A stretch of 64,000 nt of DNA, from positions 1,228 to 65,227 of the forward strand of contig CAXTPT010000011.1 of the NCBI GenBank assembly GCA_964246315.1, read 5' to 3'. Under the pieces are notes generated by a model. The model saw only the letters and a list, made by a program, of their open reading frames with translations, did not search any database and was not told where the DNA came from. This document shows positions 9,710 through 19,636 of this stretch, piece after piece (positions within the stretch are counted from its first letter, which is position 1; every line of letters begins with the position of its first letter). Source of the DNA: an uncultured Sphingomonadaceae bacterium (lineage in GTDB: Bacteria > Pseudomonadota > Alphaproteobacteria > Sphingomonadales > Sphingomonadaceae). The position numbers and the translations under genes are program-made.

Positions 9710-10354
9710 TTATTCGTCGCCCGAGGGGGCTTCGGGTGCCGCTTCTGCAGCAGCATCTTCCTCATTGTCGCCTTCGCTCGACTTGAGCGCCGACGGGGCG
9801 ACGATCGTGGCGATGGTGAAATCGCGGTCCTCGATCGCCGAGACCACGCCGCCCGGCAGCGTCACCGCCGAGATGTGGATCGAGTCGCCGACTTCATAGC
9901 CGGTCAGGTCGATGCGGATCTCGCCCGGGATTTCCGCCGCGTCGCAGGTCAGTTCGAGCTCGTGGCGGACGATGTTGAGCACGCCGCCACGCTTGAGACC
10001 CGGCGAGGCTTCCTCGTTATCGAAATGCACCGGCACCGCGACGGTGATCTTGGCGTGTTCCGAGATGCGCAGGAAATCCACGTGCAACGGACGGTCCGTG
10101 ACGGGGTGGAAGGCAACGTCCTTGGGCAGCGTGCGGACAGTGCCGCCGCCGACCCCGACCATCACCACCGAATTCATGAAATGGCCCGTGTGCAGCGCCT
10201 TCATCAGCGCCTTTTCCTCGACGTGAATCGACTGCGGGTCTTCGTTATTGCCGTAGATTACGCACGGCACGCGGCCTTCGCGACGCAGGGCACGGGAGGC
10301 TCCCTTGCCTGCCCGTTCGCGCGCCTCGGCCGACAGCGTCAGCTGATCGCTCAT
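9710..10354 (-). CDS. rplY: 50S ribosomal protein L25/general stress protein Ctc
   Basis: [36 protein letters not shown]. Confidence 0.97.
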   Translation of the reverse strand: MSDQLTLSAEARERAGKGASRALRREGRVPCVIYGNNEDPQSIHVEEKALMKALHTGHFMNSVVMVGVGGGTVRTLPKDVAFHPVTDRPLHVDFLRISEHAKITVAVPVHFDNEEASPGLKRGGVLNIVRHELELTCDAAEIPGEIRIDLTGYEVGDSIHISAVTLPGGVVSAIEDRDFTIATIVAPSALKSSEGDNEEDAAAEAAPEAPSGDE

Positions 10355-10492
10355 GTTGCTAACTCCAAGTTGCTAACCGCACGCCTCCAGGGATGACCAT
10401 GCGGTGGGCGCGCCTGTAGCGAGGGGGGCGCGAAAAGGCAAATCGGAGCTCTTAAGGTAACAAAGGTAACGGCACGTTTTTTGCGAAACGCG

Positions 10493-10711
10493 CTATTTTC
10501 CGCGGCCGGTTTCCTCCTGCAGGGCGTCGATCCGCTTCGACGCTTCGGCCTTGGTCAGGCCATCGTCAAACTCGGCGTGCGCCTCTTCGGACAGGGTCTT
10601 GAGATAGGACGCCTGGGCGCCGGTCATCGGCTCGTCGCCGGTGGTCCAGTCATCGGGGTCCTTTTCGGCATTGCCGGTCGGGTGATCTTTGGGATTTTCG
10701 GTGGTGCTCAT
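10493..10711 (-). CDS. DUF3072 domain protein
   Basis: KDPDDWTTGDEPMTGAQASYLKTLSEEA..LTKAEASKRIDAL. Confidence 0.9.
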   Translation of the reverse strand: MSTTENPKDHPTGNAEKDPDDWTTGDEPMTGAQASYLKTLSEEAHAEFDDGLTKAEASKRIDALQEETGRGK

Positions 10712-10781
10712 GTGCGGGATAACGCCCATGTTCTCATATTGTTCAATAAAAATTCAGTTCGCATTATTTCCTAGCCGGCCC

Positions 10782-10885
10782 CGTCACCCCGGACTTGATC
10801 CGAGGTCCATCTCGCCGAGTTTGGTCAAGCCACCGCATGGGCGCCGACCGCCGCACGGTGGACCCCGGATCAAGTCCGGGGTGAC
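10782..10885. repeat. CGTC-type REP doublet (GTCACCCCGGACTTGATCCG class)
   Basis: 27-bp inverted arms 10783-10809/10859-10885 with one mismatch. Confidence 0.85.
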
Positions 10886-10908
10886 AACTTCACTTATGAC
10901 AGCTGGTT

Positions 10909-12009
10909 TCAGATCGGCACGTATTGGTGGCCCAGCGCCTCGGCGACGGCCTGGTGGCGGATCGTGCCGCCCATCACGTTGAGGCCGTTGGCGAGGTGCG
11001 GATCGGCGCGCATCGCGGCTTCGGCGCCGAGATTGGCGAGGCGCAGCGCGAAGGGCAAGGTCGCATTGTTGAGCGCAAAAGCCGAAGTCCGCGCCACCGC
11101 GCCGGGCATGTTGGCGACGCAATAATGGATCACGCCGTCGACCTCGAACACCGGGTCCTCGTGCGTCGTCGCATGGCTGGTTTCGAAGCAGCCGCCCTGA
11201 TCGATGGCAATGTCGACCAGCACCGAGCCGCGCTTCATCGTCCGAACCATCTCACGCGTGACCAGCTTGGGCGCCGCCGCGCCGGGGACGAGCACCGCGC
11301 CGATGACCAGATGCGCGTTCCTGACCGCCGCGGCGATCGCCGCGGTCGAGGCATATTGCGTCTTGATCTGGCTGGAAAAGAACATGTCGAGCTCGGCGAG
11401 GCGGTCGTTCGAGATGTCGTAGATCGTCACATCGGCGCGCATGCCGACCGCCATCTGCGCCGCGTTGACCCCCGAGACGCCGCCGCCGAGGATCGCGACC
11501 TTGGCGGGCGCCACGCCGGGGACGCCACCGAGCAGGACGCCGCGGCCGCCCTGTTCCTTTTCGAGATAATGCGCGCCGACCTGCACCGACATGCGGCCGG
11601 CGACTTCGCTCATCGGCTTGAGCAGCGGCAGCGCGCCGGTGCGCGAGGTGACGGTCTCGTAAGCGATGCAGGTCGCGCCTGACGCCATCAGCCCCTTGGC
11701 CTGTTCGGGATCGGGCGCAAGGTGGAGATAGGTGAACAGCAAGTGGCGCGGCTCGAGCAGGGCGATCTCGCTCGCCTGCGGCTCCTTGACCTTCACGATC
11801 ATGTCGCTGTCGCGGAACACCGCGGGCGCATCGGGCAAAATCGTCGCGCCGACCGCACGATAATCGTCATCGGCGAAATCGATGCCGAGACCAGCGCCCG
11901 TCTGAATATTGACGGCATGGCCGGCAGCGGTGAGCTCCGCGACCGATCCGGGCGTCAGGCCGACGCGATATTCGTGATTCTTGATTTCCTTGGGGACCCC
12001 GACGCGCAT
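10909..12009 (-). CDS. ald: Alanine dehydrogenase
   Basis: MRVGVPKEIKNHEYRVGLTP, VKVKEP, PMSEVAGR, GGGVSG, DQGGCFETS, ANMPGAV. Confidence 0.97.
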   Translation of the reverse strand: MRVGVPKEIKNHEYRVGLTPGSVAELTAAGHAVNIQTGAGLGIDFADDDYRAVGATILPDAPAVFRDSDMIVKVKEPQASEIALLEPRHLLFTYLHLAPDPEQAKGLMASGATCIAYETVTSRTGALPLLKPMSEVAGRMSVQVGAHYLEKEQGGRGVLLGGVPGVAPAKVAILGGGVSGVNAAQMAVGMRADVTIYDISNDRLAELDMFFSSQIKTQYASTAAIAAAVRNAHLVIGAVLVPGAAAPKLVTREMVRTMKRGSVLVDIAIDQGGCFETSHATTHEDPVFEVDGVIHYCVANMPGAVARTSAFALNNATLPFALRLANLGAEAAMRADPHLANGLNVMGGTIRHQAVAEALGHQYVPI

Positions 12010-12153
12010 GGCGCTCTCCTGAACGATGAATGCGCGTGCCCAATAGCGAGCCTGCATCCTTCTGTCTCGATTGCGCGTTGCTAGGGGCGGTGCTACCGGC
12101 CCGCGGCTTCGCGCGGAGTCGCGAGCGGAACGAAAGGCCGGGTTCGTACCCAA

Positions 12154-14073
12154 ATGGCAGACGCCGAATCCGTGGCACCACCAGTCCCGCACAGCGAGGA
12201 AGAGTCGCACCCGCACATCCAGGGCAGCCTCGGCAAGCTGGCGCTCGGCGCCGTCGGCGTGTGCTATGGCGATATCGGCACGAGCCCGCTTTACGCGATG
12301 AAGGAGGTGTTCGTCGGGCACCACCCGCTCGACCGTGACCCATTGCATATTTTCGGTGTGCTGAGCCTGATGTTCTGGTCGCTGCTGATCGTCGTCAGCA
12401 TCAAATATATCGGCATCATCCTGCGCGCGGACAATAAGGGCGAAGGCGGCAGCCTGGCGCTGCTGGCACTGATCCAGCGGCGCACCGGCGGCGGCCGCTG
12501 GTCGCACGGGCTGGTGATGCTCGGCGTGCTGGCGACCGCGCTGTTCTTTGGCGATTGCATGATCACGCCGGCGATCTCGGTGCTGTCGGCGGTCGAAGGC
12601 CTGGTCGTCGTCGAAGCGGGATTCGCCCCGTTCGTGTTGCCGGTCGCGGTGGTCATCCTGATCGGCCTATTCATCGTGCAATCGCGCGGTACCGACACGA
12701 TCGGCAAGTTCTTCGGGCCGATCATGACCGTGTATTTCCTGGTGCTCGCGCTGCTGGGGATCATGAGCATCGTTCGCGCGCCGGAAATCCTCGGCGCGGT
12801 CAATCCCGTCTGGGCGGCGCGCTTCGTGATGCACGATCCCAAGCTGGCGTTTCTTGCGCTGGGATCGATCGTGCTGGCGCTGACCGGCGCCGAGGCGCTG
12901 TACGCCGATATGGGCCATTTTGGCCGCCGCCCGATCCAGCAAGCCTGGGTATGGCTGGTGTTCCCCGCGCTGCTGCTCAATTATGCCGGGCAGGCCGCGC
13001 TGCTGATCCACACGCCGAGCGCCGCCGAAAATCCGTTCTTCCTGATGGCCAGCGAGGATTTCCGCCTGCCGCTGGTGATCCTGGCGACGATCGCGACGGT
13101 GATCGCCAGCCAGGCGGTGATCACCGGCGCGTTTTCGGTGATCCAGCAAGGTGTGCAACTGGGGCTGATGCCACGGTTCAAGATCGAGCATACCAGCGCA
13201 TCGGCGCACGGGCAGATTTACGTGCCGACGGTCAACTGGGCGCTGATGGTGATGGTCATGCTGCTGGTGCTGGCGTTCCGCGAGTCCTCGGCGCTGGCCG
13301 CGGCTTACGGCATCGCGGTGACCGGCACGATGTTCATCACCACCTGCATGATGACGGTGCTGGTGTTCCGCGTGTGGAAATGGCCGACCTGGGTGGCGGT
13401 GCCGATGTTCACCGTCTTCTTCACGATCGACGCGCTCTATTTCGCATCGAACCTGACCAAGGTGCCCGATGGCGGCTGGTTTCCGCTGCTGATCGGGGCG
13501 ATCGCTTTCACGCTGCTGACGACCTGGGCCAAGGGCCGCCAGCTGATGATCGCGCGGATGCGCGAGGCGGCGATGCCGCTCAAGGTCTTCGTCAAATCCG
13601 CCGCGCAGTCCGCCAGCCGCGTCCCCGGCACCGCGGTGTTCATGACCTCGACCCCCGACGGGGTGCCGCACGCGCTGCTGCACAATCTCAAGCACAATAA
13701 GGTGCTGCACGAGCGCGTCATCCTGCTAACCGTCAAGATCAAGGACGTGCCGGTGGTGCAGGACGACCAGACGCATGGGTTGGAACCGCTCGGCGAAGGG
13801 TTCTTCAGACTGATCTTGCACTACGGCTTCATGCAGGAACCCGACGTCCCCGCCGCGCTGTCACGCGTCACCGGGTGCGGCGAAAAGTTCAAGATGATGG
13901 ACACCAGCTTCTTCCTCGCGCGGCAGACGCTGCTCGCCTCCAGCCGCCCCGGCATGGCGATCTGGCGCGAGAAGCTGTTCGCGTGGATGCTGCGCAACGC
14001 GGAAAGCGCGATGGAATTCTTCCGCCTGCCGACTAACCGGGTGGTGGAATTGGGCTCGCAGGTCGAGATTTAG
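12154..14073 (+). CDS. kup: Potassium transporter Kup
   Basis: [44 protein letters not shown]. Confidence 0.97.
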   Translation: MADAESVAPPVPHSEEESHPHIQGSLGKLALGAVGVCYGDIGTSPLYAMKEVFVGHHPLDRDPLHIFGVLSLMFWSLLIVVSIKYIGIILRADNKGEGGSLALLALIQRRTGGGRWSHGLVMLGVLATALFFGDCMITPAISVLSAVEGLVVVEAGFAPFVLPVAVVILIGLFIVQSRGTDTIGKFFGPIMTVYFLVLALLGIMSIVRAPEILGAVNPVWAARFVMHDPKLAFLALGSIVLALTGAEALYADMGHFGRRPIQQAWVWLVFPALLLNYAGQAALLIHTPSAAENPFFLMASEDFRLPLVILATIATVIASQAVITGAFSVIQQGVQLGLMPRFKIEHTSASAHGQIYVPTVNWALMVMVMLLVLAFRESSALAAAYGIAVTGTMFITTCMMTVLVFRVWKWPTWVAVPMFTVFFTIDALYFASNLTKVPDGGWFPLLIGAIAFTLLTTWAKGRQLMIARMREAAMPLKVFVKSAAQSASRVPGTAVFMTSTPDGVPHALLHNLKHNKVLHERVILLTVKIKDVPVVQDDQTHGLEPLGEGFFRLILHYGFMQEPDVPAALSRVTGCGEKFKMMDTSFFLARQTLLASSRPGMAIWREKLFAWMLRNAESAMEFFRLPTNRVVELGSQVEI

Positions 14074-14104
14074 GCGCGCAGCGGAAAACTGCTATTCCTG
14101 CAGG

Positions 14105-14133
14105 TTGTATTCCATTATGGAATATTCTATAAT
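14105..14133 (+). promoter_or_regulatory. Sigma70 promoter with overlapping palindromic operator
   Basis: TTGTAT-N17-TATAAT; perfect IR TATTCCAT-T-ATGGAATA at 14108-14124. Confidence 0.8.
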
Positions 14134-14236
14134 TGTCGGGCCGGCGGTTCAAGCCGGTCTCAGGAAAGGCACGGGCAATGGAGCAAGGCAACAACATGGT
14201 GATTAATCCGCCACAAAACTTGCGAAGGAAACAAAG

Positions 14237-14533
14237 ATGGGAGCGGAAAATTTTCAGGTTCTGATCGAACTTGGTTTTTTTGGACGGCTTCAAAAATGGG
14301 ACGACGACAGCCGGATCGAAGTTGATGTTTTGCAGTCGCTGCTGCGGGAATATGGCGCCGATTGCCTCAAGGATTTGAGGTCGATCTGCACGATTGCGGC
14401 GGAGATACCGCATCCCGATGGCAAGCCGCATTGGACCGAGTTTTGGTACAAGTTGCGCGGCTCATGGACATTTTTCGTTCTGGAAGAGCGGCTGTCAGGC
14501 GTGTTTATCTTGCATGACCGCGCCCGGCGCTAG
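14237..14533 (+). CDS. Putative RelE/HigB-like toxin (divergent)
   Basis: 98 aa, AAGGA SD, lower GC, directly upstream of an XRE gene; weak resemblance to HigB N-terminus (W....R.E...L..LLREYG). Confidence 0.5.
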   Translation: MGAENFQVLIELGFFGRLQKWDDDSRIEVDVLQSLLREYGADCLKDLRSICTIAAEIPHPDGKPHWTEFWYKLRGSWTFFVLEERLSGVFILHDRARR

Positions 14534-14551
14534 CCAGTTTGGGATTATGGA

Positions 14552-14860
14552 ATGACGGAAGAAATCAACGACGCGGTTGAATGGCGGCCGCAGTGGACAG
14601 GCGAAAAAAAAGAGCAGTTCGATCGGCTTCGTGCCCAGTATGCGCGGGAAATCTCGGTTCTTCGCGATGTGCGCAAGGCATTGGCGCTAACGCAGGTCGA
14701 AGCCGCGGAGATACTGGACATGACGCAGTCCAATGTGTCGAAGCTGGAGCGGGGCGATCCAACGCTGTCGACGATCCAGCGCATGGTTTCGGCAAAGGGG
14801 GGTAAGGTGACACTTCAAGTCACTTCAGCGGACGGAAAAGAGCTGGCGATCGCCTTGTAG
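14552..14860 (+). CDS. XRE/HigA-like HTH antitoxin
   Basis: LRDVRKALALTQVEAAEILDMTQSNVSKLERG..LSTIQRMV.AKGG. Confidence 0.85.
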   Translation: MTEEINDAVEWRPQWTGEKKEQFDRLRAQYAREISVLRDVRKALALTQVEAAEILDMTQSNVSKLERGDPTLSTIQRMVSAKGGKVTLQVTSADGKELAIAL

Positions 14861-14979
14861 TCAATTGCGAGCAGCACGACACGGGCGATCATTACCCGAA
14901 GCTAGCGGACGGTCTTCCAAAGACGATCAGGCGTCGATCAACGCGCCGTGATGATGAGGGCGAGGAGGCTGCGGGCAAT

Positions 14980-16488
14980 CTACCGATCCGCCGCAAGGCC
15001 TTTGGCGCGCTCCCGCGCGGCGCGGCGTTCGGCAACGAGCTGACTGGCGCGCGCCGGGTTCCAGGTCAGCCCCCCGGCAGCTCTGGCGTCGGCCGATATC
15101 AGCACGCCGGCCGGGGCCACGCGCGCGTCGCGGATCGCGGCGGCGATCAGATGTCCGTTGAACACGAACCCTTCGAACGGCTGTTGCTTGAGCCAGGCGT
15201 CGGCCTTGGTCAGACCCGCCTGGTAATCCCGGGCGAAATCGTAGCGGATCGACGCGGTGAGCTGATCGCGCAGGCTGGTCTGATTGACCGCCGCGACGAG
15301 CGCATTGAACACCGCGCTGTCGGTCTGGCCGACCAAGGTCAGGTCGCGCACCGACAGAACGCGGCCGGGAATGTCGAGCACCGGCGTGGCGACGAACCAT
15401 AATTGGCCCGCGGGGGCAACCAAGCCGCCGAACGCACCGAGTTCGACATCGAGGCCCACCGCCAGACGACCGCCGGTCGAGCCATAGATCGTCACCTTGC
15501 GCACCGTCGCATCGACGGTTTGGCCGTTCTTGAGCTTGAGGCGGCGCTTGCCCGGTCTGACCAGCGTATCGTTCGCCGCGCCTTCGAGCACGCCGTACGG
15601 CACGAACACCGGCACGTGCATGTTGATGCCCTGTTCGGCGAGCGGACCTTCCAGGCGCGGCAGCGGCGTGACCGGCGGATCGGCGGGCCGCTCACCGAAG
15701 ATCGTCTCCGTCTTGAGCCGCGCCGAGAGGTTGGCGGTGAGCAACCCGCCCGCGACGCGATAGCCGGCGAAGCCGATCGCCTGCGGGGTGAAGCGCGCCC
15801 AGATCAGCGGTTCGGATTTGACGCGTTCGGAACGAAAGCCCTTGGCCCAGATCGACGCCGCCTTGTCGCGCACCCCGGCCCGAGCCAGCCTGGCGGGGAG
15901 CCGGCGCTCGAGCTGGTTCAGAATCTCGCGGAGCTTGGGATCGACTTTGGACTGGAAAGTGATCCGCTGGCCGAGAAGGTCGATGCCGATCGGGTTGGTC
16001 CAGCGGTAATTGGCGTCGACCTGGGCCACCGGCGTCCAGTCCGGACGCAGGCCGAGGCGCAGGCGCGTGGTGACCATGACCGCGCCGGTCGCGGTCTCGC
16101 GCTTGATCAGCTTGCCGATGTTTTCGGCGCGGACCGTGGCGGACACGGGGATGGTCAGCGTGATCACCTCCCCCGCGCCGCTGAGGCCGATGGGACCGCG
16201 CGTGACTTGCCCCCGCAGACGGCAACTGATGTCGGGCAGCAGCTTCGACCTGGTCTTGATGCAGACGCGCGGCGGCTCATCGATGATCTGCAGCACGCGT
16301 GGCACGTCCTGCTCGATCGCGCGCTTGAGATCGGCGAGCGGCACCGCGATCGGCATCCGCACCGTCGAAGGCTGATCGGGCAAGGTCACTGGCGTGGCGA
16401 GATGCGGGGGCGCAGCCGGCGTGCCGTCGCGCGCGCCCTGGCAACCCGCGATCGGCAGGACAAGCAGGAGCGCTGAGGGCCTCAGCAT
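14980..16488 (-). CDS. DUF4403-like lipoprotein
   Basis: Lipobox IAGC; 502 aa; family recalled from overall pattern only. Confidence 0.6.
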   Translation of the reverse strand: MLRPSALLLVLPIAGCQGARDGTPAAPPHLATPVTLPDQPSTVRMPIAVPLADLKRAIEQDVPRVLQIIDEPPRVCIKTRSKLLPDISCRLRGQVTRGPIGLSGAGEVITLTIPVSATVRAENIGKLIKRETATGAVMVTTRLRLGLRPDWTPVAQVDANYRWTNPIGIDLLGQRITFQSKVDPKLREILNQLERRLPARLARAGVRDKAASIWAKGFRSERVKSEPLIWARFTPQAIGFAGYRVAGGLLTANLSARLKTETIFGERPADPPVTPLPRLEGPLAEQGINMHVPVFVPYGVLEGAANDTLVRPGKRRLKLKNGQTVDATVRKVTIYGSTGGRLAVGLDVELGAFGGLVAPAGQLWFVATPVLDIPGRVLSVRDLTLVGQTDSAVFNALVAAVNQTSLRDQLTASIRYDFARDYQAGLTKADAWLKQQPFEGFVFNGHLIAAAIRDARVAPAGVLISADARAAGGLTWNPARASQLVAERRAARERAKGLAADR

Positions 16489-17111
16489 GCCAGCGGAGCG
16501 AACTGGCCGCTGCGCTCGTCCAGGGTGTGCAGCGAGCCGTCGGCGATGGCGAAGAGCGCGCCCGTGAGGCGCAGCGTTCCGGCTGCCTCCGCGTCGCGGA
16601 CGAAGGGAAAGCTGCGGAGGTTGGCGATGCTGGTCTTGACCGTTTCCCGTTCGAGCGCGCGGATCGCCTCCGGCCCCGTGCCGAAGTCGGCGACGACGCG
16701 GTCGCGCGCCGCATCGAGCATGTCGATCCAGTGCGCGATGAAGCCGCCCTCACCGGCCTTGGCCCCGGCGAAGGTCCTGTTGAGCGCCGCCGTGACACCC
16801 CCGCAGGCGCCGTGACCGAGCACGACGATTTCGGACACCTTGAGCTGCGTCACCGCGAATTCGAGCGCGGCCGAGACCCCATGCCGGCCGCCGCCGGTTT
16901 CGAACGGCGGCACCAGATTGGCGACATTGCGGACGACGAAGATTTCGCCGGGCGAGGTGCCGAAGATCGTCGCCGGATCGACGCGGCTGTCCGAACAGGC
17001 GATGATCATCGTCTGCGGCGCCTGGCCCTGCGCCAGACGATCCCAGCGCGCCCGCTCGCTGACCCAGCCGACTTCGCGCCAGCGGCGATAGCCTTCGATG
17101 AGCTTGTCCAT
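16482..17111 (-). CDS. Beta-class carbonic anhydrase
   Basis: IACSDSRV, FVVRNVANLVP, LEFAV, LGHGACGG zinc ligands. Confidence 0.95.
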   Translation of the reverse strand: MDKLIEGYRRWREVGWVSERARWDRLAQGQAPQTMIIACSDSRVDPATIFGTSPGEIFVVRNVANLVPPFETGGGRHGVSAALEFAVTQLKVSEIVVLGHGACGGVTAALNRTFAGAKAGEGGFIAHWIDMLDAARDRVVADFGTGPEAIRALERETVKTSIANLRSFPFVRDAEAAGTLRLTGALFAIADGSLHTLDERSGQFAPLAC

Positions 17112-17177
17112 GCCGCCTTCCGCTAAAGTCGCCCATGCAGGGTGGCAAGCGCGCCCATGGATCGCTATCTGGCGGGC

Positions 17178-18104
17178 ATGGCCACGATCCTGACCGCCGA
17201 TCCCGTTTCCCCCCAGCGCGCGCGCAAGCCGGACTGGATCCGCGTCAAGGCGCCGATCGGTCAGGCGTTCAGCGAGACCAAGGCGCTGATGCGCCGGCTC
17301 AACCTGGCCACGGTGTGCGAGGAAGCCGCCTGCCCGAACATCGGCGAGTGCTGGACCAAGAAGCACGCGACGGTGATGATCCTGGGCGACACCTGCACGC
17401 GCGCCTGCGCCTTCTGCAATGTGAAGACCGGCATGCCGCGCGCGGTCGACCCGCTGGAGCCGGAGCATGTCGCGGTGGCGGCGGCCGAGCTGGGGCTGGA
17501 GCATATCGTCATTACCAGTGTCGACCGCGACGACCTGGCCGATGGCGGCGCGTCGCAGTTCGTCAAGGTGATCGAGGCGCTGCGCCGCAACACGCCGTCG
17601 ACGACGATCGAGATCCTCACCCCCGATTTCCGCAACAAGCACGAGGCGGCGGTCGAGGCGATCGTCGCCGCGCGGCCCGATGTGTACAATCACAATCTCG
17701 AGACCGTCCCGCGGCTCTACCCGACAATCCGCCCGGGTGCGCGATATTATGCGTCGCTGCGGCTGCTCGAACAGGTCAAGCGGCTCGACCCGTCGATCTT
17801 CACCAAATCCGGGATGATGATGGGGCTGGGCGAGGACCGGCTCGAAGTGCATCAGGTGATGGACGACATGCGCTCGGCGGGGGTCGATTTCTTGACCCTC
17901 GGCCAATATCTCCAGCCGACGCCGCGCCATGCCAAGGTGCAGGATTTCGTCACCCCCGCGACGTTCAACGCCTATGCCGCGATCGCGCGCGCCAAGGGGT
18001 TCCTGCTCGTCGCCAGTTCGCCCCTGACGCGGTCGAGCTACCATGCGGGGGACGACTTCGCGAAGATGAAGGCGGCGCGCGAGGCGCAGCTGGCGCGGGC
18101 GTGA
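17178..18104 (+). CDS. lipA: Lipoyl synthase
   Basis: [20 protein letters not shown] radical-SAM motif, RSSYHA. Confidence 0.97.
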   Translation: MATILTADPVSPQRARKPDWIRVKAPIGQAFSETKALMRRLNLATVCEEAACPNIGECWTKKHATVMILGDTCTRACAFCNVKTGMPRAVDPLEPEHVAVAAAELGLEHIVITSVDRDDLADGGASQFVKVIEALRRNTPSTTIEILTPDFRNKHEAAVEAIVAARPDVYNHNLETVPRLYPTIRPGARYYASLRLLEQVKRLDPSIFTKSGMMMGLGEDRLEVHQVMDDMRSAGVDFLTLGQYLQPTPRHAKVQDFVTPATFNAYAAIARAKGFLLVASSPLTRSSYHAGDDFAKMKAAREAQLARA

Positions 18105-18165
18105 AGACGATGCTCGCTGTCGACATCTGCATGAACCGGATCGTTGTCGTGAAGCTTTCGGCCTG

Positions 18166-18624
18166 ATGCCCCGCCACCACGAGCACCGCATCCTGCCGTA
18201 CACGCCCGAGCAGATGTTCGACCTGGTCGCCGATGTCGGTCGCTACGCCGAATTCCTGCCCTGGGTCAGCGCGGTGCGCGTGCGCGAGGATGCGCCGGCG
18301 CTGGCGGTCGCGGACCTGATCGTCGGGTTCAAGGGCTTGTCCGAGCGTTTCACCAGCCGGGTGAAGAAGGACCGGCCGCGCGCGATCGATGTCGAATATA
18401 TCGAAGGGCCGCTGAGCCGGCTGAGCAATAGCTGGCGCTTCGCGCCGCATCCCCAAGGCTGCGAAGTCGATTTCTCGGTCGATTTCGCGTTCAAGAACCG
18501 GCTGTTCGAAACGATCGCCGGCCAAATGTTCAACGTCGCGCTGGGCCGGATGGTGGGCGCGTTCGAAACGCGTGCCGCGCAGCTTTACGGCAGCAGCAGT
18601 TCGAGCGCGTTGAGCGCCGCCTGA
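18166..18624 (+). CDS. RatA/PasT (Coq10-like START domain) protein
   Basis: LVADV.RY.EFLPW, GP..RL.N.W.F, VDF.F; conserved position after lipA. Confidence 0.9.
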   Translation: MPRHHEHRILPYTPEQMFDLVADVGRYAEFLPWVSAVRVREDAPALAVADLIVGFKGLSERFTSRVKKDRPRAIDVEYIEGPLSRLSNSWRFAPHPQGCEVDFSVDFAFKNRLFETIAGQMFNVALGRMVGAFETRAAQLYGSSSSSALSAA

Positions 18625-19094
18625 AACCGCACGCCGCCGCGGCCGAGATCGCCGAACTGATGCTTGTCGGCATGCATCTCGTCCGGGTCCTGCCCCTTTA
18701 GCGCGCGGGCAATGACGACGGTGCCAACGGGCTTCTTCTCGCTGCCCCCGCCCGGGCCGGCGACGCCGGTCACCGCCACGGCGATGTCGGCACCGCTCTG
18801 CTTGAGCGCCGCTTGCGCCATCGCCCAGCCGGTGGCGATCGAGACGGCGCCGAACGTTTCGACAATGTCCCTGCCGACGCCGATATTCGTCTTGGCGTCA
18901 TCGGCGTAAGTCACGAAGCCCGCGACGAACACGTCGGACGATCCGGGCAGTTCGGTGAGTGCGGCAGAGATCAGCCCGCCGGTGCAGCTTTCGGCCACCG
19001 CCACCGTCCGCCCCGCTGCGCGATTGGCGTCGATGGCGCGCCGGCCGGCCTCGATCAGCTCGGGCGGAAGCAGTGTGTCGGCGGGTTCGGTCAC
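18585..19094 (-). CDS. CinA family protein (NMN deamidase domain)
   Basis: VAESCTGG, SSDVF..GFVTY, GAVS, AVTGVAGPGGG. Confidence 0.92.
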   Translation of the reverse strand: MTEPADTLLPPELIEAGRRAIDANRAAGRTVAVAESCTGGLISAALTELPGSSDVFVAGFVTYADDAKTNIGVGRDIVETFGAVSIATGWAMAQAALKQSGADIAVAVTGVAGPGGGSEKKPVGTVVIARALKGQDPDEMHADKHQFGDLGRGGVRFQAALNALELLLP

Positions 19095-19636
19095 TTGACC
19101 GCCGGACAGAAGATCGAGGGTTTGGCGGCCTGCTTGTCGGCGCGCGGCTTGGCACTCGCGGATTCGCCGAGCTTGCCCAGCGCGACGAGGAAGCTGGCCA
19201 TGTTTTCCGGCGGCAACGGGTCGAGCGGCGCCAGCATCTCGTTGAACAGCGCACAGTCTTTCGGGCTGATCTTGCCCAGCCCCTTGTCCTCCACCATGGC
19301 TGCGATCATCCCCCGCGCGCCTTCCTCGTTGAGACCGCGGAATATCTTGGTTTCGGGAATGCGGCCGATCAGCGCCTGCACGCCGGGCCAGGCCGCGGTC
19401 GAAGCCGTGCGGTAACGGGCCGCCAAGGCGTCGCTCGACCGGGTCAGATAGGCATTGGCGGGCAGCGAGGCGCGGCAGGTGGTCGACAGCGCGCGCAGCA
19501 AATCGGGCGCGAAGAACAACGCCACCGATTTGGCTTCCGGATCGGTGATGCAGACCGCGCCGGCCGCGCTGGTCTGAAACGCCAGGGCCGCGGCCAGCAC
19601 CGCGCCGCCAAATTTACGAAATCCCTTCACTGCCAT
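19091..19636 (-). CDS. Hypothetical secreted protein
   Basis: Signal peptide, four Cys, coupled to ispDF and cinA. Confidence 0.75.
   Translation of the reverse strand: MAVKGFRKFGGAVLAAALAFQTSAAGAVCITDPEAKSVALFFAPDLLRALSTTCRASLPANAYLTRSSDALAARYRTASTAAWPGVQALIGRIPETKIFRGLNEEGARGMIAAMVEDKGLGKISPKDCALFNEMLAPLDPLPPENMASFLVALGKLGESASAKPRADKQAAKPSIFCPAVK

Noticed and set aside
14935-14979. Signal-peptide-like remnant IARSLLALIITAR after the DUF4403-like stop
   Set aside because: Too short, no start codon or SD; cannot be supported as a pseudogene
18166-18624. RatA as a toxin-antitoxin toxin
   Set aside because: No RatB partner; conserved lipA-linked Coq10-like ubiquinone-binding protein
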